64,000 nucleotides of DNA from the NCBI RefSeq assembly GCF_963921235.1, contig NC_086097.1, forward strand, positions 227,108,001 through 227,172,000, written 5' to 3'. The notes below the pieces were generated by a model. It searched no databases. It saw nothing but the letters and a program-made list of their open reading frames with translations, and was not told the origin of the DNA. Each line of letters opens with the position of its first letter. The first letter of the stretch is position 1. Shown one piece after another: positions 51,571 through 64,000 of the stretch. Source of the stretch: Mobula hypostoma (taxonomy: Eukaryota). The position numbers were made by a program, and so were the translations under genes.

Positions 51571-51877
51571 CTTAATCATAAGTTTTAACCAAATTTTTCT
51601 TATTTTTTTACTTCTGCATTCATAATCAGCTTAAATATGAGCTCTGTTCAGTTCTAGTAATAGAATATTTTGGCTTTGTAGGTTATTATGACAAGGGTCT
51701 TATGACAAATAGTTATTTAAACATTGAAACAGATAAAGTTTGTAATTTTTTTTCAGAATTGTAAAGTAAGTTCATTATTGTGTTATGATTACATCAGGCA
51801 CATTAGAAATGTTTACACAATGCAGATTTATAAGTATTGTTAAAGAGTATTATTGGACATTTATTTCCTAACTGAAG

Positions 51878-52036
51878 GTTCTAAACAAGAAAAACACCTT
51901 TATTGAACTGAAAGATGAAATGAGACAACTTCAACAGCAATACAATGAAACATTAGAAGAAAATGGACGTTTACAAGCCCGGCTTGAAGCTTGGATGATC
52001 ACTGCTCAGAGTGAACACGAGATTCTATCAAAAGAG
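51878..52036 (+). CDS. Internal exon of host coiled-coil protein gene (VLNKKNTFIELKDEMRQLQQQYNETLEENGRLQARLEAW...ILSKE)
   Basis: ctaactgaag| acceptor with branch-like CTAAC, GAG|gtaatt donor, 159 nt, phase 0-0, clear heptad character. Confidence 0.88.
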
Positions 52037-52118
52037 GTAATTTATTAAATTGTTTAACAAACATTCAAATAAATCTATCTAAAGATCTTTTTAGCATATT
52101 CAATTTGTAAATCTGCAG

Positions 52119-52202
52119 GTGCTTTGTAAGGAAGACATCATCCATAAACTACGAATGAAGCAATTAAGTCAAGATGAAAAATGCAATACAGCGGAAGAAA
52201 AG
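52119..52202 (+). CDS. Internal exon of host gene with GC-type donor (VLCKEDIIHKLRMKQLSQDEKCNTAEEK)
   Basis: ctgcag| acceptor after an 82-nt intron; AAG|gcaagc donor; 84 nt, phase 0-0. Confidence 0.78.
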
Positions 52203-52789
52203 GCAAGCTTCCTTTTTTTACGTTCATATTGTTCTCATCCAGACAACTTTAATGGTTTTAGTTATTTTCAGACAAAACACATATATCAAATGTTAATTAT
52301 ATTTTAAACTTGTGCAATGATAGAATACAAATTCATATATCCTAATCAAAATTAGCCAATGTTTTTGTGTTCCACCAAAATATTTGTGGTATGTTTCCTC
52401 ATTCAACGTTCTTCACTTCTTCAAGAGAAGGTGCTGGATATTTTTGGAAAAAATGATACTTGAAGTAAGATAAATACAGAAGTATTGTTGGGGCTGGAAC
52501 AAACTTGATTAGGTTATGATACTAATTAACCTGTTTCCATTGTTTCCAGATATAGGATGATGCCAGCAGGCAATTGACTGGAGGAGATGTTGCTATGTCT
52601 GGGAATTTTGGATGAGTAGGAGAGATGTGTTTTAACTACCTGGTAGACTAAGACTATGGGCCATTTTGCAACGATAGTCAATATCTGTAATGAAGCTCCA
52701 ATTACCTGAAAGTAAAGTCACAAGTGAATGACTTCATGCTTATGGTCAAATAGTGAGTGGATCATCAAAAACTACAGACCACCAGTGGC

Positions 52790-54520
52790 TACATAGGACA
52801 GTACAGCACAGGAACAGGCGCTTCGGCTTACAAACTGTTGCCAGACCAACTAAATTAATAACCAAATGGCCAACTAAACTAATCTCTTCTGCCTACACAA
52901 TATCCATATCCTCTATTTTCCTCAATTTGTGTATCTATCTAAATGTCTCTTAAATGTTCCTAATATATATGCCTCTACCATGACCACAGGCAGTACATTC
53001 CAGGCATCCACCACTCTTTGTGTAAAAAAAACTTGCCCCTCATATCTGCGTTGAAATTACGCTCTCTCATCTTAAATGCATGCCCTTGGGTACTAGACAT
53101 TCAACCCTGGGAGAAAGGTACTGTCTGTCTACTCTATCTATGCCTTTCATAATCCTATAAATCTCTACCAGAACACCCCTCAGCCTCCACCGCTCCAAAG
53201 AAATTAACACAAGTTTGTCTAACCTCTCACTAAGCACATGCCCTCTAAACCAGGCAGCATCCTGGTGAATGTCTTCTGCACCCTCTCCAAAGCCTCAATA
53301 TCCTTCCTAGAATGAGGTGACTAGAACTGTATGCAATACTCCCAATGCAGCTTAATTAGAGTTTCATAAAACTGCACCATAGCTTCCTGACTTTAGGACT
53401 CAATGCCTCGACTGATAATGGCAAGCATGCCGTATGCCTTTTTAACCACCCTATTGACCTGTGTAGCCACTTTCAGAGAGCAATGAATTTGGACCCCAAA
53501 ATCTGTCTGCCCATAGTCATTGTTAAGTGTCTTGCCGTTAACAGTGTGCTGTCTCTTTACATTTGACCTATCAAGGCGCAACACTTCATATTTAGCCGTG
53601 TTTAACTCCGTCGACCATTTCTCCATCCATATCTGCAACTGATCGATATCCTGCTGTATTCCGTGCCAGTCTTTTATACTATCTTCAATACCACCAATCT
53701 TCGTACCATCTGCAAACTTGCTAAGCCACCCATCTATATCCTTATCTAGGCTATTTATATACGTACATTACAAACAGCAGAGGTACCAGTACAGATCCCT
53801 GTGGAACACTATTAGTAACAGACCTCCAGCTAGAATAAGTCCCTTCAACCATTACCCTCTGTCTTCTAAATCTAAACTGCCAATTCATCATGGATCCCAT
53901 GATTCATCTTCTGGATGAGTCTCTCATGAGAAACCTTGTCAAATGCCTTGTAGACAGCATCCACAGCTCTACTTTCATCAATCACCCTTATCGCCTCATC
54001 ATAAAACTCTATCAAGTTAGTAAGAAATGCACAAAGCTATGCTGGCTGTCCGTAATTTAACCATGGTTTTCCAACTCATAAATCATAAATCCTATCCCTA
54101 AGAATTCTCTTCAGTCATTTCACTACCACTGAGAAGTGACTCACTGGTCTGTAGTTTCCAGGATCATTCCTGGTTGTCTTCTTGAATAATGGAACAACAT
54201 CTGGAACAATCCTCTGAGATCTCACCTGTGGCTAGAGAGGACATGAAGATATTGGTCAAGGCTCTACTCTTGTCTTTCTCAATAACCTGGGGTATAGTTC
54301 ATCAGGCCCTGGGGACTTATCCACCTTAATGCTTCCACCCAGATTTCCTCCTCCTTTCCCTTAAAATGCTCTACCATATCAATACACTCGGCCGTGTTCT
54401 CCTCATCCTCCATATACTTCGGATTGAAAGTACTCATTAAGAATCCTCTGAATCCAAGCAAGTGTTTCTCACTTCTTAGTTATCCTCTTGTTCTTGATGT
54501 ATGTATACAGTTGAAAGCCT
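52790..54520 (-). mobile_element. Decayed CR1 ORF2
   Basis: VVKKAYGMLAIISRGIE and other RT remnants; 3'UTR at ~52790-52830. Confidence 0.85.
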
Positions 54521-55350
54521 TTTAACTATCGAGAGTCCTATCACTATCTGACTGACTTTACTGCTGAGCCTCAGAGACAGCCAAGAGCCACTGGCCTAGC
54601 TGCTGCTGCTGTACTCAAATAGGTCATTCTCCCCTGCCCCTGCCCCCACCCCGTCCAGCAGTATCCGAAGGGTATATGTGTTGCTGAAGGGAATGGCCAC
54701 AGGGAAACCCTGCGCTGACTGCTGACTCCCCATACTTCATCTGGTGATCACTCGTCCACTATTTGACACCTGCACCCTGGGTGTGACCACCTCAGTAAAA
54801 GTTTCATCTACGAGTTTTCCAGCCTCCTGGAAGATCTTGAGAAAATCCAGCTTCAGTTTTAGTTCCTTGACCTTGTCTGTCAGCAGTTGAGTTGGGTGCA
54901 CTTCCAGCAGAACCATTTGGCTTTATAAAGTGTTGGTCAGACCACAGTTGGAATATTGTGACAAATGTTTGACCTATATATGAGGAAAGATATGCTGGCG
55001 CTGGGGAGTGTCTAGGAGGGATCTCATTGATCTTAGGCCAGGAAAGAGTGGATTTAGAGAGGATGTTTCCATTAGCTAGAGAGTCTAGGATCTAAGGATA
55101 CAACCTCAGAATAAAGAGATGTCCCTTTAAAATTAAGATGAGGAGGAATTTGTGCAGCTAGAAGCTAGTGACTGTAATTTGTTGCCGCAGAGGGCTGTGG
55201 AGTCCAAGTTATTGGGTTTATCTAAGATGAGTTGAAATGTTCTTAATTGAAAAAGGGATTGAGGGTTATGGGGAAAAGGGAGATTACAGTTGAAAGAAAA
55301 ATCAGCCATGATTAAATGGTAGGGAAGACTCAATAGACGAATGACCTAAG
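54520..55350. mobile_element. CR1 ORF1-like fragment (-) adjoining a CR1 3' fragment (+)
   Basis: - strand C..CTQLNC..DKVKEL-like segment resembling ~9390-9470; + strand LYKVLVRPQLEYC and 3'UTR. Confidence 0.6.
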
Positions 55351-55494
55351 TTCTGAACATATTTTTGTTCTTAATATTCTCAGTAAATGCTGTGCACACC
55401 ATTCCCCATTACATACCTTCCTACAATCTCCAGCAGTTTGAATTAATATTTAATCTACAGAATATAGATTACCCTTCCCTTCACATATACGTCT

Positions 55495-56223
55495 GTGATT
55501 TCCGGTTTAAGATGGCACTGATGAGTATCAGCGACTTCTGGCTGGTGGTTAATGAAACAAAGAAAACAACTAAATACTTTGTTAATCACCCTTTTTCTGG
55601 TAAACGATCACCACAAACAATAGCCTGTAACTTCCCTTGGACTTGGCAGAACCGAGCTGAGGCAAGTCAGCAGGCCCGTTGCCAAGAGTGAGGAAGACCC
55701 AAGGTTCGATCGATTTAAACACTGGGCCAAATTGGAAAGGTTGGGTACAGGCCGAAGCGAGGAGGTGGAGTCCAAGCATCAGAGCATATCGAAGCGACTG
55801 AACCCAATGTTTGGATGACGATTTGAGCGCAAGGCTGAATTAGAAAGGTCAGGTACAGGCCCCTGAGCGTACTGAAGAGCCTGAACCTGATGTTTGCGCC
55901 ATTTAGCGCTGGGCCAGATTGAAATGGTGAAGGTAACTGGACCCGAGGCAAGGGATGAGCCGGTTCAGTTTGCTGTTCCACTCTGCGCTGAACTAAGGGT
56001 CTGTGGACAGGACTGTCTTTGTGGACTTCAGTTCAGAATGCCATTTGCTCGTGTTTATTGTTTGCATGATTTGTTTTTTTTCTGTCTGTACACTGGGTGT
56101 TTGATGGTTTTTTTAATGCCTCTTTGGGTTTCTTTGTTTCATAGCTGTCTTTTATGGAACAGATCTCAAGATTGAATAATGCATGCCTACTTTGATAATA
56201 AATGTACATTGAACTTTGAACTT
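55495..56223 (+). mobile_element. Non-autonomous element with Rex1-type tail
   Basis: Starts ttccggtttaagatggc; ends ttgataataaatgtacattgaactttgaacttt like the other Rex1 tails. Confidence 0.55.
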
Positions 56224-58849
56224 TATGTCATATCTGCATATGTACATTTCATAGCTTGTAAACAGAGGCAACTATTGAGCAATGGCACACACACATGCCA
56301 AGTACTCATTGCACCATTCTCCTTTCTAGTGGGACAATGCATTGTACAGGGATGAGGGGCAAAAGTCATAGCTGCGTGATATTGCCACTTTTAAAAGACA
56401 ATGATCGCCATCACAGTGCTCATCATCACCGTTGGTCTTGAAGAGATCTGGCCAGTAATGATGCTAAAGGATAGAAAATCTTATGCCTTCACTGTTAATC
56501 CTCTCATTTTATCCCTTCCTTATCCCACACATTTCTTCTGATTTAGAAGCCTAATATATGTAAACATTGGTCAAAGATTCATAGGTTCATTTTATTGTCA
56601 AATAATGCATGTACAATACAACTTTGATACTTGTCTACACCAGATAGCCATTAAATATAGAAAGACCATGGATGTTGATGAAAGAAAAGACATCAGTTCC
56701 CCCCATCCCAGCATGAAAAATAAAAGAAACAGAACTCTCAGACCCTAAAATCCCTCCCTGCCCTGAGCAAAAACAAGCTACGACAACAATCACTGACCCC
56801 CTGCACATAACAATTCCTGACCCCTCACTTGCAGTAAAGAACGGAGACAGTAGCATGGATTCATACTCTGCTTGCAGCCTGTACCCAACCCTTCCTCATT
56901 ACCCCTCTACCTTATGCCTTTCTCTTTTTCAGGACTTCAATCACTTCAACCCAACAATGGTAGGGAAACAAAAGGCTCCATAGCAAGAATAAATACCTTC
57001 CCTCAGCATTGCATTCATAGCAGCTAGCTCAGATAGTGATAGATAATAATTTTGCAGACAAATTAGGGACACATAGTGTGACACTAAACATGACTGGTCC
57101 ACTGCTGGACCACAGATAAATTGATGCAGATGCCAGTTTTTCACAGCCCAAGGTCACAAACAATTTCTGTGACAAAGGATTCAGATGAGAACATCACTAG
57201 GGCAGGCTGCAGAAATGGTTTTAACTTTGATATATTAGCATGTCTGGAAGAGAATCTGCGTCTGTTGTCCAGCAGCATGGAGGACCAACCTTGCATTTTT
57301 CAGCTGTAGGTGATGGACAATTCCATTCATGCATTTCCAATAGATTATTTCTTAGCCTCCAGTGCAGCATATTTATTGTCACCGATCTTCTTGGGGATTC
57401 CATTGTTCCTCACATGTAGCAGCTGTCTCACTGCTACAGAGTGTTTATGCAGGATGTTACAACTCTCCAGGAATTTGTTTTCTAGCAGATCGTAAAGGTA
57501 CCTTGCTGGGTAAATTAGTAGTGGTACTATGGAGCACAAGCCTATTGTCCTTTCTTAGGAAAACACTGGTTATCTTCTCACTGCTACCCTGTGCTGTGAA
57601 ACTGCCTGTTTCAGCCATTTCTAATTACTTCCAGCAATCGAACTGCAACTTCTACGTCTGAAGTTACCTGCAATAATTTCCACTGAAGGTCAGTTTACTC
57701 TTTATCAGCAGTAACAACAGGACAGAAAAACACATTGAAACTAAGTCTATGTCGAAATATAATTCCTTAACAATTCTATGTAATGTGACATGCTTTGGTT
57801 TGGAATGTTTATTTTGTAAGTTTTCTGTTATTCCTTTGTGACCGTGTGGATGCTGGGATAGTCAGTAGAAGTGGGAGGGTGCACTGTAATGCCCCCAGTG
57901 AATGGAGATTGGGAGTTACATTTACTAGTGCCTAAGTTTGATGAGTTGTTCATGGAAAGCCAAGAGGAACCTGGTTGTCTAGATTGTTTATTCCCTCCTT
58001 CCTCCATCTTATCCCATATAATGGGACAGAATAGGTTTTGTAGCATGCCTCATATCCATGTGTATGTACACATATGACCAGCTAGAGTCATGAACCATGT
58101 CATCTGTGAACAGACCTTGTCACTCGCTAATCACCCTTTGGTTTGTCATTTAGACTTAAAAGCCAGTGACCTAGCAAATTGTCACTGTGGAGTTTTGACT
58201 TGTAGGATTCACTGTCTTTGGTCATATCAGAGCTGGACATCGAAAGAGTGGAATCCCTTTAGGTTCTGCATTTGTGGAGTTAATGATATCCTACATCCTG
58301 GGGTTGCTGTATTTCTTTTAAAGCAATGTAACCTATCAAGTGAAAGTGAAGTATAGTTAGCGCACTTAGAATAGGGAATATTAATTATCTTCGGATCCCC
58401 ACACCTAGCCTGTAGCCAGATACATAGTCATTCATTACCATAAATGTCTTGAAAGCCAGTGGTACTACTTATACTTCTCTAAGGTTGCAATTGTATTTGT
58501 GGTAGTTGGAAGATATTACTGAGAACACCTTTGATAAAGTGAAGATAACCTCCACACAGAAATCTTCACTACGAGAAAAGCTGAAATAATTGTTCCTTGA
58601 ATTCTTCTACCGACCCTCTCATTCCCCGTTTCTCCTCCTCCAGTTGTACCTCTCTTTTTGCATGTTGAGCTGCTACTGAGTTCATTTTTCCTCTCATTTT
58701 TTGCTCAGACTCCTCATTTTCCAACTGGTCTTCTCACCTGGAGGCAACATTTTTTTGCAGAAGACTTTAAGTCAGATACTGCCTTTCTGTGCCTCCAATA
58801 ATCCTTGTAGACTTTTGCAGCCTTACTAAAATGCTGCTTACACAACAAA

Positions 58850-59603
58850 AGGCTGATTTATACTTGTGCGTCAAATGTATGCCGGAGGTACTGCTTAGCA
58901 ACGTACCCTACGCTGTATTCTACGCCAACCCTACGCCGTAGCCTAACGCACACCCCTCCCAAAATGTAACTACGCGTCGCGGTGACGCAGACCGAGACAA
59001 CTGTGATTGGTCCGCTTGGTAGCATTGCATTTCCTCCTACACTGCAATAGCTTCTCATTGGGCGACCGAATGGCAGGGAAGGAACTCTGGCTGCAATGCT
59101 TTCCATAAAGCTTTACAGACCTCCGAAATTATGGAGGACCCTGTGCTTGACACCAGTTTGTAGTTAGCTGCTACAGCCTGTTGGCTTTCACCTGAAGCTA
59201 AAACTTGAATGGTGATTGCCAGTCTCTGAGTATACTGTGCGTACACTGATGCGAAATAAATGGTTGGAGACGATTAAGCAAATTGTCAAATCTACCTGCC
59301 GGCATCCGAAAATATTTGAAATGCATTTCCTTGTCCGTGTCTCTCAGTGGCCGGACAAGCACAGAAAATTCACCCTCCTTCAGTTTCAGTCGCCATTGTT
59401 TGAAGTTTGAGTTTATTCGTGTTGAGTTTCAACACGAAGAAACTCAACACAGTGGCCTAGAAACCCCACCGCCAACTAGTGTTTTGGCAGTGAATTGCAG
59501 AGCAATGCAGACACACCAACGCACAAGTATAAATGCTCACAACGGCGTAGCCCGCTTACGTAGGCTACGGCGTAATTTAGTATGCACAAGTATAAATCAG
59601 CCT
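58850..59603 (-). mobile_element. PIF/Harbinger non-autonomous derivative
   Basis: 20-bp TIR AGGCTGATTTATACTTGTGC / GCACAAGTATAAATCAGCCT; 3-bp flanks aaa/aaa; HARBI1-like HTH fragment [24 protein letters not shown]...IISEVCKALW. Confidence 0.88.
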
Positions 59604-62009
59604 AAACACTCCATTCAGTTGAAGTCAGTCAGTAACTAACTTTAAAGTAAATTATAATCTCTTTCATTAACACTGGTCAACATCATTTCTGCTCAGAAAA
59701 CAAGTTAACTGGAATGCAATGCTTCAAAATTGCATTATCACTTCATTCTAATTTACATTTGCCAGCTTCTGATAGCTAATAATTACCTGTTTGCTGATGA
59801 CCTTGTTGATGTCGTCTACTATATTTTTCAACAACTGTGCACATGTGCATTGGATTCTATCTTGTTATGTAAATGAAACCTGCATTGTCTAAAATAACAG
59901 AAGTTACATCTGTTTTTCATCCTTGCTGTTCTTTGGCATTGACAAAATAGCATCTTATTGCATTTTCTACTTTCAGTCTGTTTTATGTTCTTTTCTCCAT
60001 TGTTAGGAGTGTAAGAAAAGGATAAAAAGAAGGATAAATTGGAAACAAATATATTGCCAGAACATTTGAGCCAAGAATGATGTGTGTGTGTGTATATACA
60101 AAATACTTAGAAGTTTTTTTAAAGATATAGCTGCCTTAATTTATTGAGGAAGTATACAGTTTAACAGCCTTTATACAACTTTTCCTTAGCTGAGGTAGGA
60201 CTTAATTGAAGATGGAATTGGGGCTTGCCAGTATTGTATATAGTTCATGAGGAATCAGTAGCCTCCTATACATAATTCTTATATCCCTTTCCATTAATGT
60301 CAGTAGAAAATATAATTGGATTCATTGTAAAACAGGCTGCCTATTCTCTTTGAATTCATTTTGTGCTATTGGCAAAAGACCAGCTTAATTTCTAATATCC
60401 ATGGTTGTGCTACTTTCAGAGGAGATAGATAGGGAAGAAAAAAGAAACAGATGGGGTTCAGAACTTCTGTTGGGAATGGATTCTCAGTGTATAGGATTAA
60501 GTACCAGAAGGAAACAGAAGAACTGCTTGAAATGGTGATACAGTGGTTAAGTTACCTAACTAGCAATCCAGATTACAGTTTTGAGAACTGAATGGAAATC
60601 CTATCTTCTCAATTGGAAAATTTAAACTTTGTTACTTAGTGTATATATGTTCAAATTGAACCAACTGGTTCACCAGTGTCCTTTAGAGAAGCAATCTGCA
60701 TTACATTATTTAGTTTGCTCTCCATTGAAATCCATTCCCATGGTATTGTGAGCCATAGGTGCGATGGAATGTGAAAAGACCATTACCATTGGCTGCGACT
60801 GAATTATCATGCAACCAATGGACAAAATGGTTTTTGGAGAACCTCATCATAGATTTGATCCAAGGATGGGCCAAAGACTTAAATTTCCAAAGTGAGGTTA
60901 TTTTTTATTAGAAACTCAACGAGACTAGCTATGTAAATGCAATGGCTGAAAGAGCAAGTCAGAGGGTGGATATACTGTGGCAAGTGATTCACTTGTGGAT
61001 GCTCAAAGCCTTTACATCTCTACAGTGCAGTACTTGGGAGTGTGATCGAATATATTCTGCTTCCTGAAGGAGTAATAGTATGTCTATCGGATATATATTT
61101 ATTATATGGAGAAAAAGATTTTATCACAAAAATAAACACATCTCAATGACCTGATTTTTAGTAACTGAAATTATCTTTAAAATAGAATTGTTTGTGCTGC
61201 ACTTATATGCAGTTAGTTGTCAGTGAATTAGAAAAATGTTTAAACTCTTCTAAGATGAGCCTGTTATTGCCCTAGAGCCTTCTCACATGTCCTTAAATAG
61301 ATGTAATTGGTATAATTTTACCTTGGTTATTAATTGATTATGAAATATTGCCAGTGGAATATTTGGGCAGGGCTGGCTCTAATGAGGTTTCTTTCCAACC
61401 AATGCAAAAAAAAATCTGGAATGAAAACTGTAGTACACATAAATTTGTACTTAAAATTCCTGGACTTTTTGCATTGTGTTTTGTCGATTTTAGGCAAGTT
61501 GCATTCCAAGTTATGTGCAGCCTGATGGAAGATCCCTACCTGTTTTACAGTTTAGTCCAAACACTGGCTGTGACATGGAGGCAATTAGCATTTCATTCAA
61601 AGTTTTCTTGTTAAGATCAAAACTAAGCTACTTCTACCTTTTTAAAAATCAGTTATGGTTTAGTTCAAATGATAATATTTCATTCAAAAGAAAGTAATAA
61701 AACTTCTTACGTGTTCCCTTGAAGCACATATTTTGTATTATTCAGATTGTAAATAACATTAAATGATAGAATACCAGCAGTCTCTGGGTTATGCAATGGT
61801 TCCTTTCTGGGAATTGCCTGTAAACCAATTTTTCTCTAAGTCTGAAATTAACAGTGAGGGTCAATTCATATGAACATCTATTTGATATTTTCCCCTGTAT
61901 ATTTACAATGGTGCAGAATCAGTTTGTCCCACATCCAGTGGCTATCTTCCATGGCTTTGAGGTATCAATGGGTGTTCCGTTGTTTGATGAACTATTTTAC
62001 AAGTGTCGC

Positions 62010-62850
62010 TGTGTACATACATCTATTGATGCTTCTGGACACATCTTCAGTGATGTTCCTGGAATCATTGGGTGTTTCGGGTCTTTCAACATCATACAAC
62101 CTCCTCCAGGTGACACAGCCGGGGCTGATCAGACCCCAGCTTGTGTCCAGATGGCTAGCTACTTATGACTCCATGGCTCCCCTCTTTTGAGCCACAGCCA
62201 TCTTGAGGCCCTCTCTGCCGCATTGGTGGTACTGCAGATGGCTCTCCTCTTCCTCTCTCCCTCGATGCCCAAAATGCTGAAGGCTCTAACTAAAGAACGG
62301 ACTATGAATCCCCTACAATCAACCTCCACTGGGAGACATCTCGCCCTCCATCCAGCCTGCTGACAGTTGCTGACCAGTCCTGTGTACCTGGAGAGCTTCC
62401 TTTCAAAGGCCTCTTCCAAGCTATCTTCCCATGGGACTGTCACCTCCAGCAGCACCACTTGTTTAGTAGACTCAGACACTAGGACAATGTCTGGTCGCAG
62501 GGTGGTGGCTGCGATATGGTTGGGGAACTTCAGCTGCCGTTTGAGGTCCACCAACAGCTGCCAGTCCCTTGCAGAGGTCAGAATGCCTGCAGATGTTCTT
62601 TGGCAGGTACTGGCTGCTCCCCAGCTCTGACAAAGGCAATGGTCTGCTTGGAGGGTCAGGACTGCATCGCCCACTCAACTCCTGAGCTGACAGCTTCAGC
62701 GATGGTCTTCAGGACCTGATCATGCCTCCACCTGTATCGTCCCTCACCATGTGCCCTTGCGCAGCCGCTGAGGATGTGCTCCTGGGTTCCTCGCTTGGAG
62801 CACAGTGGGCATGCTGATAACTCTGCCTTGCCCCATGTGTGCAGGTTTTG
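62010..62850 (-). mobile_element. 5'-truncated HERO-type (R2 group) non-LTR element with zinc knuckle and restriction-like endonuclease
   Basis: CPLC...EHILSGC...RYRWRHDQVL and LRPDIVLVS....VVLLEVTVPWE...ERKLSRY...PVEVDCRGF. Confidence 0.85.
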
Positions 62851-63120
62851 TATTGTCATTTTCATTAGGAAATCTCTCCCGCTGCAAACAGCCAATGCAT
62901 TCATAAAGATAATGTATTTGTTTGAGGTTACATGAAAACAATTTGTTTTGAAGATTGGCCATCTTTAGATTTAACTAGCTGCCATCCCTTGTTCTGAAGA
63001 TGCTTACATTTCTGTAACTAATTTTTCTGTCTTGAAAATATTGTGGGGGAGTTTGCATAAACTTTGATTTCCATAAATCAGATCTTCTGTAATCTAGGGA
63101 GCCCGTGGGTACTGTATGGT

Positions 63121-63510
63121 CACACACACAAAATGCTGGAGGAACTCAGCAGGTCAGGCAGCGTCTATGGAAATGAATAAACAGTCGACATTTTTGGGCT
63201 GAGACCCTTTTTCAGGAAAAAGATGATGAAAAATTAGAGTAAGAAGATGGGAGGAGGGGAGGAAGAAGTACAAGGTAGTAGGTGATAAGGGAAACCAGAA
63301 GAGAGGGAGGGGAGAAGTAAAGAGTTGTGAGATTGACTGGTGAAAGAGATAAAGGACTAGAGGAGGGGGCATCTGATAGGAGAGGATAGAAGGTCATGGA
63401 AAAAAGGGAGGGAAGAGGAGCGCCAGAGGGAGGTGATGGGCAGGTAAGGAGATACGAGAGCGAGTGAAACATGAATAGGGAATGGTGAAGGAGAGGGGGT
63501 GCAATTCTGA
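63121..63510 (-). mobile_element. Penelope-like 3' end with pyrimidine-rich UTR and degenerate hammerhead
   Basis: cacacaaaatgctggaggaactcagcaggtcaggcagc...aaacagtcgacatttttgggctgagaccc followed by a purine-rich tract. Confidence 0.75.
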
Positions 63511-63698
63511 AACTGTATGGTTAACACAATAAGTTTGTACAGGTACTTATGCTCAATAAGCCAAATGCCGTAAATTATTAATTTGGTTCAGTCATCCTGC
63601 TGGATAGGATCTACGTGCTTCATGTTTTTGAGTTGACAAGATTGTGTAAATATAACACTTGTAATTAAGCAGATCTTATTATCTAAAATTTCTTTTAG

Positions 63699-63845
63699 AT
63701 CCAGCATCAGGAGATGCTGCTGAATCAACTACGTCAGAAGTATTTAACTGCAGTTAATGTAGTTGAAAACCAACAACGGATGATTCATTCTTTGGAACAG
63801 GATCTTCAAACTGCCATGCTTGCTGGAAAGGAAATGGCCACTGGG
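63699..63845 (+). CDS. Internal exon of host coiled-coil protein gene (IQHQEMLLNQLRQKYLTAVNVVENQQRMIHSLEQDLQ...MATG)
   Basis: tttcttttag| acceptor, GGG|gtaaat donor, 147 nt, phase 0-0, heptad pattern. Confidence 0.85.
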
Positions 63846-64000
63846 GTAAATTAATAACTTTTTTTATACAGGGGTTATAGCTTCTCTTTGTTACTGAGGG
63901 TAATGCCAAGCCAATAAATGCAATTTCATGTCATAACTCTAATTATATCAAAAATAATTGCATCAGGAAAAATTGGGCACAACAGATTTTGTAAAACTGT

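Noticed and set aside
56930..58350. Stretch with many short ORFs and slightly higher GC
   Set aside because: Possibly an ancient decayed element, but no motif could be assigned with confidence
1..64000. Prokaryotic systems (CRISPR, operons, defence islands), rRNA genes
   Set aside because: The sequence is spliceosomal-intron-rich vertebrate DNA; no such signatures were seen

Overview
Vertebrate genomic DNA, most likely from a cartilaginous fish (shark/ray-type CR1 LINEs, HE1/V-SINE, Rex1/Babar, Penelope); this taxonomic call is an inference from repeat content. The window is almost all intronic. Five phase-0 exons on the + strand (18281-18346, 18649-18786, 51878-52036, 52119-52202, 63699-63845) encode part of a coiled-coil protein, possibly PMFBP1-like; one has a GC donor, and there is a possible 9-nt microexon. 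Much of the window is nested, decayed mobile DNA: many CR1 and Rex1 LINE pieces, a HERO-type RLE LINE, Tc1, hAT, Harbinger and Chapaev3-like DNA transposons, and several SINEs. The most interesting signal is RNA-structural. A near-complete HDV-like ribozyme fold with an unusual L3 hairpin lies at the 5' end of an RTE-type non-autonomous retroelement (32091-32284, - strand). A family of minimal hammerhead ribozyme cassettes from Penelope-like elements is also present, including a 181-bp palindrome with a hammerhead core on each strand (47053-47233). Repeat boundaries without a TSD or TIR are approximate. All family names come from motif recognition, not database searches.
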